Part shown: in pieces, positions 25,937 through 29,599 of the stretch
How the letters are laid out: each line of letters begins with the position of its first letter
Numbering within the stretch: the stretch's first letter is position 1
Virus record (IMG/VR): IMGVR_UViG_3300012953_000147
Span: 1 to 29,599 of that record
DNA from: a virus
Taxonomy: Duplodnaviria > Caudoviricetes
Length of the DNA stretch: 29,599 nt
Direction: 5' to 3' (one strand)
Made by a program: the position numbers and the translations under genes
Notes under the pieces: generated by a model
The model's database searches: none
What the model saw: the letters and a program-made list of their open reading frames with translations, nothing else
What the model was told of the DNA's origin: nothing

Positions 25937-25962
25937 AAAACCACCCCAGATGAGGTGGTTTT
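25937..25962. terminator. bidirectional terminator
   Basis: AAAACCACC-ccagatga-GGTGGTTTT between convergent genes. Confidence 0.75.
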
Positions 25963-25987
25963 GAATTATTAACTTGTATTCATTTGA

Positions 25988-26143
25988 CTACTGGAGTAAG
26001 ATTTCCTTACATATACGTTTGCATGAACTCTGATCTGTCTCGCATTCTATCAAGCATTCGTAGTAATCGTCTAGTTTTTGATCTTCCGTGAGATCCATAT
26101 GATTCCACTCCGCTAGATTATTTTGTGAGACTATGTTATGCAT
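25988..26143 (-). CDS. 51-aa four-cysteine small protein
   Basis: MHNIVSQNNLAEWNHMDLTEDQKLDDYYECLIECETDQSSCKRICKEILLQ*; GGAGGT SD; own promoter elements. Not in the ORF track. Confidence 0.8.
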   Translation of the reverse strand: MHNIVSQNNLAEWNHMDLTEDQKLDDYYECLIECETDQSSCKRICKEILLQ

Positions 26144-26205
26144 ACTTAACCTCCTAACTGTGGACAATCATAATATAGAAGTTTGGGTGCATCTTGTTTC
26201 CCCTA

Positions 26206-26250
26206 ATTCTACCATTATTTAGACAAACTGTGTCAGTATTCGCTGATACA
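26206..26250 (-). promoter_or_regulatory. extended -10, late core and NtcA-like box
   Basis: TGGTAGAAT (26214-26206) and TAAATA (26221-26216) on the minus strand; GTA-N8-TAC at 26236-26249. Confidence 0.5.
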
Positions 26251-26278
26251 TTTAACAAAAATTTATGCCTATTTAACC

Positions 26279-26998
26279 ATGAGTGTTAAAGATTTTTCTA
26301 AGCAAATCAAAGCAGGGACTAAGAAGTCACACACTGCTGCCGAGAACACATCGTTCGTTGCTTCATTCCTCCGAGGTGTAGTTAGCAAAGAGAATTATAG
26401 AAAGTTGATTGCCAACTTCTACTTTGTTTATCATGCTATGGAGACAGAAGTGGATAGACTTAAAGACGATACGAACGTAGGTCCGATAAGACTCAATGGA
26501 TTAGCGAGACATGATGCTCTTGCTAAAGATTGTGAGTATTTCTATGGTGAGAATTGGAGAGATGAGATCTATCCTAGTGAGGCAACCAAACAATACATCA
26601 ATAGAATCAAGGAAGTAGCACATGAGAATCCTAAACTATTAGTTGGACATCATTACACACGTTACCTAGGTGACCTATCAGGTGGACAGATTCTTAAGAA
26701 CATTGCTAAGAATGCTTTGAACCTTGATGATGGTGGACTAGATTTCTATGAGTTCCCTGATATAGATGACAAGAAACACTTTAAAGATTGTTATCGTAAT
26801 GTACTGGACACTTGTTTAGAGATTGATCAATCAGATGCTAATGCTATTATAGTAGAAGCAAACTATGCTTTCCGTTTAAACATGTATATGTTTGAAGAGT
26901 TAGAGGGTAATGCTACTAAAGGTTTCTTGAAGATGTTAGGTGGTGCAATTCAATCACGTATAGCATACTTCTTACAAACTGCGGGGATTGGATTCTAA
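26279..26998 (+). CDS. ho1: heme oxygenase
   Basis: TKKSHTAAEN (proximal His), HHYTRYLGDLSGGQIL, EANYAFRLNMYMF. Confidence 0.95.
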   Translation: MSVKDFSKQIKAGTKKSHTAAENTSFVASFLRGVVSKENYRKLIANFYFVYHAMETEVDRLKDDTNVGPIRLNGLARHDALAKDCEYFYGENWRDEIYPSEATKQYINRIKEVAHENPKLLVGHHYTRYLGDLSGGQILKNIAKNALNLDDGGLDFYEFPDIDDKKHFKDCYRNVLDTCLEIDQSDANAIIVEANYAFRLNMYMFEELEGNATKGFLKMLGGAIQSRIAYFLQTAGIGF

Positions 26999-27222
26999 TG
27001 CATGGTAATCTAGAACCAGAGAACAAGGTCTTCAATGACCTAACTCCAGAAGCAGCAAAAGTTATTGTTGAACAAGATCCTATCAAAGTACATATTGATG
27101 CTTTAGGATCTTTGATTGAAAGACAGGGTGGACACGTTGATTATGTGACATGTTCCAATTCATCTGGAAAACAATCTAAGAAAATTATTATTGAGTATGA
27201 CGTATGCAACAAGCACGACTAA
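26998..27222 (+). CDS. hypothetical protein
   Basis: TAATG coupling with ho1. Confidence 0.7.
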   Translation: MHGNLEPENKVFNDLTPEAAKVIVEQDPIKVHIDALGSLIERQGGHVDYVTCSNSSGKQSKKIIIEYDVCNKHD

Positions 27223-27347
27223 AAGAAATTATCAAGACACTTAAAGATGTCTTAGTTGAACTAGAATCCGAGGTCTATTCTGACCCTTCTAAATATTTAG
27301 AAGGACCTAATAGAATGATCGGTGATGACAACGACGGAGAATACTAG
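27204..27347 (+). CDS. small hypothetical protein (47 aa)
   Basis: MQQARLKEIIKTLKDVLVELESEVYSDPSKYLEGPNRMIGDDNDGEY* fills the gap between neighbours. Not in the ORF track. Confidence 0.65.
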   Translation: MQQARLKEIIKTLKDVLVELESEVYSDPSKYLEGPNRMIGDDNDGEY

Positions 27348-27360
27348 TGAAGATCTTAGG

Positions 27361-27819
27361 ATGGCAACCCCCACAGAGACCAAGGTGGGTGAAGGAGATT
27401 ATGAAAATCCCTGGTACTACAAAGGTACAGCTTTCACTTCTAATGATATTGGCGACTTCTTCGGTTTTGTCTACAGGATTACAAATATCCAGACAGGGAA
27501 ACAATACATCGGACGAAAGTATTTTACACAGCGTAGAAAGCCTAGAGGTGGGAAACGAAAAGTTACGAGTGAGAGTGACTGGAAAAAATACTACGGAAGT
27601 TCTGATGAACTTAAAACCGATGTTAAAGCACTGGGCAAGCACCTCTTCAAACGTGAAATAATTAGCCTACATAGTACACTGGGTCAAGTCAATTATGAAG
27701 AGACCCGACAGTTGTTTATTAACAACGTATTAACTGAGGCAACAGGTGATGGACAACCAGCGTTCTATAACTCAAACATCCTTGGAAGGTATATGCGAAA
27801 AGATTACTTCAAGGGTTGA
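27361..27819 (+). CDS. GIY-YIG family endonuclease
   Basis: GFVYRITN...KQYIGRK...YYGSS...E...YN motifs; start probably ATG 27361. Confidence 0.8.
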   Translation: MATPTETKVGEGDYENPWYYKGTAFTSNDIGDFFGFVYRITNIQTGKQYIGRKYFTQRRKPRGGKRKVTSESDWKKYYGSSDELKTDVKALGKHLFKREIISLHSTLGQVNYEETRQLFINNVLTEATGDGQPAFYNSNILGRYMRKDYFKG

Positions 27820-27844
27820 CAACCCCGATAGTGAATGCTATACT
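27816..27844 (+). promoter_or_regulatory. sigma70-like early promoter
   Basis: TTGACA-17 nt-TATACT with extended TG. Confidence 0.75.
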
Positions 27845-27865
27845 GTGGAAACTTACGAGTATCCT

Positions 27866-28021
27866 ATGGCCTCTGAAGACTTCCCTATGGACATGATCCA
27901 TAATGCACTCTCATCGTACGTTGATGAACTTCATGAGACTATCTCTCGTGGAGAAAACTGCGACCTCTTAGTAAAACGAATTAACGAACTTAAATCCCAT
28001 GACATGCAAACTATACAGTAA
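27866..28021 (+). CDS. hypothetical protein
   Basis: ATG 27866 just downstream of the promoter. Confidence 0.55.
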   Translation: MASEDFPMDMIHNALSSYVDELHETISRGENCDLLVKRINELKSHDMQTIQ

Positions 28022-28349
28022 AGCAGAAACTGCTGCTAGAGATGCGGTTATCCAAGCACTCCATGATAATGTAGACCAAGCAACCCTAGGTAAACTATGG
28101 GATGCATACTTAGGTTTGCGTGATGTTTCAGAGAATCATACTCATGAAGATGATATTACAATTACAACTCCAGATAATACTGGTGAGACTTTTGTAACCT
28201 TTGGAGAGACCAACATCGGAGACATCAACTTAGACTTCACCCCAGAAGATAACTTAAAAGATGTTCTTACATTTAATACAGGAGAGAGTGGTACAGGTAC
28301 TTTCAATGTAGAAACTGGTGTATATACAACAGACGAAGAGACTGTATAA
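27999..28349 (+). CDS. hypothetical protein with acidic Thr-rich tail
   Basis: 116-aa ORF. Confidence 0.7.
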   Translation: MTCKLYSKAETAARDAVIQALHDNVDQATLGKLWDAYLGLRDVSENHTHEDDITITTPDNTGETFVTFGETNIGDINLDFTPEDNLKDVLTFNTGESGTGTFNVETGVYTTDEETV

Positions 28350-28352
28350 ATA
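28345..28352 (+). promoter_or_regulatory. late promoter (TATAAATA)
   Basis: Perfect consensus overlapping the upstream stop codon. Confidence 0.75.
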
Positions 28353-28355
28353 ATT

Positions 28356-28451
28356 CGTCTTTGCCAATAGACCTTAATCTAGATGGTTGTAGCGCGAAAG
28401 CAACAATATCAGAAAAAGGTTAACAATCTGGGGAGCATCGCTCCCCTTTTT
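28356..28451 (+). ncRNA. putative ~95-nt late small RNA
   Basis: Lies between a late promoter and a terminator. Hairpin GUCU-uugccaau-AGAC, then a long irregular hairpin ACCUU...GC-GAAA-GC...AAGGU. Confidence 0.55.
28430..28451 (+). terminator. Rho-independent terminator
   Basis: GGGGAGC-ATC-GCTCCCC-TTTTT. Confidence 0.85.
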
Positions 28452-28454
28452 ATT

Positions 28455-29030
28455 ATGACAGAAAATTTTATTAGATCATACGATAACGTATTACCAAAAG
28501 AATTAGTAGAGAATCTAATTCAAATGGCAGGGCAATCTGTTACTTGGCAGAGTCGTTCGGATAAGTTCAGACAAGACATGCAGATAGCATTAGATCCTTT
28601 TTGGCCACAGATTGCCATGGATGTTAATAACTATCTACTTAATAATATGTTCACTCATTACCTAGATGACTTTCCATATCTACAGGGTCAAGGTGAGGAT
28701 TGGTGGAGTGGATCTGTAATATTACAAAAGACAGAACCGTTACAAGGTTATCATGCTTTCCATTGTGAAGACATTGCATGGGGAAATAGAAAAAGAGTTC
28801 TTGCATGGATGGTATATCTTAATGACGTTGAAGAAGGTGGAGATACAGAATGGTTATATCAACAGAAGAAAGTTCAACCAAAAGCAAACATGGGACTGTT
28901 GTGGCCTGGTTCTTTCACTCATCTACACAGAGGGAACCCTCCTATTAGTGGAACCAAGTATGTATTGACAGGATGGTACGCAAGCATGGTTAATATGAAT
29001 AGATTTAATGTGAATCATAAGAACTCCTAA
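28455..29030 (+). CDS. 2OG-Fe(II) oxygenase (prolyl-4-hydroxylase-like)
   Basis: GYHAFHCE...LAWMVYLND...GGDT...THLHRGNPP...KYVLTGW; start ATG 28455. Confidence 0.88.
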   Translation: MTENFIRSYDNVLPKELVENLIQMAGQSVTWQSRSDKFRQDMQIALDPFWPQIAMDVNNYLLNNMFTHYLDDFPYLQGQGEDWWSGSVILQKTEPLQGYHAFHCEDIAWGNRKRVLAWMVYLNDVEEGGDTEWLYQQKKVQPKANMGLLWPGSFTHLHRGNPPISGTKYVLTGWYASMVNMNRFNVNHKNS

Positions 29031-29073
29031 TGTGAAATCTTAAGATTTGGTAGTAATTTCCGCATTTTAGGGG

Positions 29074-29123
29074 TTTACAAAACTTAATCTTTGCTATATA
29101 ATATTGTTACAGTTCTTTACAAA
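29074..29123 (+). promoter_or_regulatory. hli promoter with HLR1-like (RpaB) direct repeat
   Basis: TTTACA-17 nt-TATAAT (29074-29102); GTTACAGT-tc-TTTACAAA (29106-29123). Confidence 0.6.
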
Positions 29124-29129
29124 ACTTAA

Positions 29130-29330
29130 ATGACTACAATTACAGAATCAGGTGGAAGACAAAACATGTATGCCACCGAACCACAGATGTCATACGTGCA
29201 GGACTATGAGGGATACGGTAAAACTGCCGAGAAACTCAATGGTAGACTAGCAATGCTTGGTCTAGTAACAGGATTCATATCCTATATTGCCACTGGCAAC
29301 TTCTTTTTCTTTAATATCTTAGGATTTTAA
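29130..29330 (+). CDS. hli: high-light inducible protein
   Basis: AEKLNGRLAMLG chlorophyll-binding motif. Confidence 0.93.
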   Translation: MTTITESGGRQNMYATEPQMSYVQDYEGYGKTAEKLNGRLAMLGLVTGFISYIATGNFFFFNILGF

Positions 29331-29401
29331 AGCACCCGCACTATTACCGTGACAGAAATGTCACACATTTATTTACAAATTAATTCAACAGGACAAAAAC
29401 C

Positions 29402-29509
29402 ATGACTCCAGAAGCAGAAAAGTTTAACGGTTGGTGTGCAATGCTAGGTTTCGTAGCCGCAGTAGGAGCATACATCACAACAGGTCAAATCATTCCAGGT
29501 ATATTCTAA
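29402..29509 (+). CDS. hli: high-light inducible protein (35 aa)
   Basis: MTPEAEKFNGWCAMLGFVAAVGAYITTGQIIPGIF*. Not in the ORF track. Confidence 0.93.
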   Translation: MTPEAEKFNGWCAMLGFVAAVGAYITTGQIIPGIF

Positions 29510-29599
29510 TGACACCATCAACAAAGAAAACAATCCAAGTGGAAAAGGAAAAGTTATTTGCTGAAAAACTCAATGGTAGATTCGCAATGCTAGGAATCA
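29509..29599 (+). CDS. hli: high-light inducible protein (truncated by window end)
   Basis: MTPSTKKTIQVEKEKLFAEKLNGRFAMLGI...; TAATG coupling. Confidence 0.9.
   Translation, partial: MTPSTKKTIQVEKEKLFAEKLNGRFAMLGI

Noticed and set aside
1800-27661. Numerous short antisense or alternate-frame ORFs in the track (e.g. 1800-2102, 3134-3337, 5366-5674, 7111-7434, 13736-14140, 18597-19122, 27307-27661)
   Set aside because: They are nested in or overlap well-supported genes, with no evident SD, promoter or recognisable motifs; shadow ORFs.
27361-27819. GIY-YIG gene as a mobile homing endonuclease
   Set aside because: It is a short single catalytic domain with no evident DNA-binding repeats or intron context; more likely a resident nuclease.
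28383-28454. N-terminal extension of the last oxygenase
   Set aside because: It runs through a terminator hairpin, and the protein-like sequence begins at ATG 28455.
1-29599. CRISPR arrays, tRNA genes, and GTA-N8-TAC matches inside coding regions
   Set aside because: No regularly spaced repeats or cloverleaf/T-loop signatures were seen. A 6-base motif is expected several times by chance in 30 kb, so only promoter-proximal instances were reported.

Overview
AT-rich segment of a T4-like marine cyanophage (cyanomyovirus, most likely infecting Prochlorococcus or marine Synechococcus). It carries the replication and nucleotide module (hsp20, gp43 DNA polymerase, uvsX, gp41 helicase, mazG, gp61 primase, nrdA, nrdB). 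It also carries a nuclease-like / ligase-like / nucleotidyltransferase trio, a late cluster of very basic, probably virion-packaged proteins, and host-like auxiliary genes (psbN-like, talC, ho1, ycf35-like, four 2OG-Fe(II) oxygenase-fold genes, three hli genes). Both sigma70-type (TTGACA-17-TATAAT-like) and T4 late (TATAAATA) promoters are recognisable. No tRNA, CRISPR array, intron or intein was seen. The most interesting signals are at the RNA and regulatory level. (1) A tandem pair of glutamine-riboswitch-like (glnA / Downstream-peptide family) aptamers in which the second aptamer is split by, and physically encloses, a complete 59-codon ORF, upstream of a YRG-repeat small gene. (2) A ROSE-like thermometer on hsp20. 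(3) Two unexplained multi-stem RNAs (1226-1329 and 28356-28451). (4) NtcA-like and RpaB/HLR1-like boxes. All family assignments come from motif recognition by eye; no searches were run.
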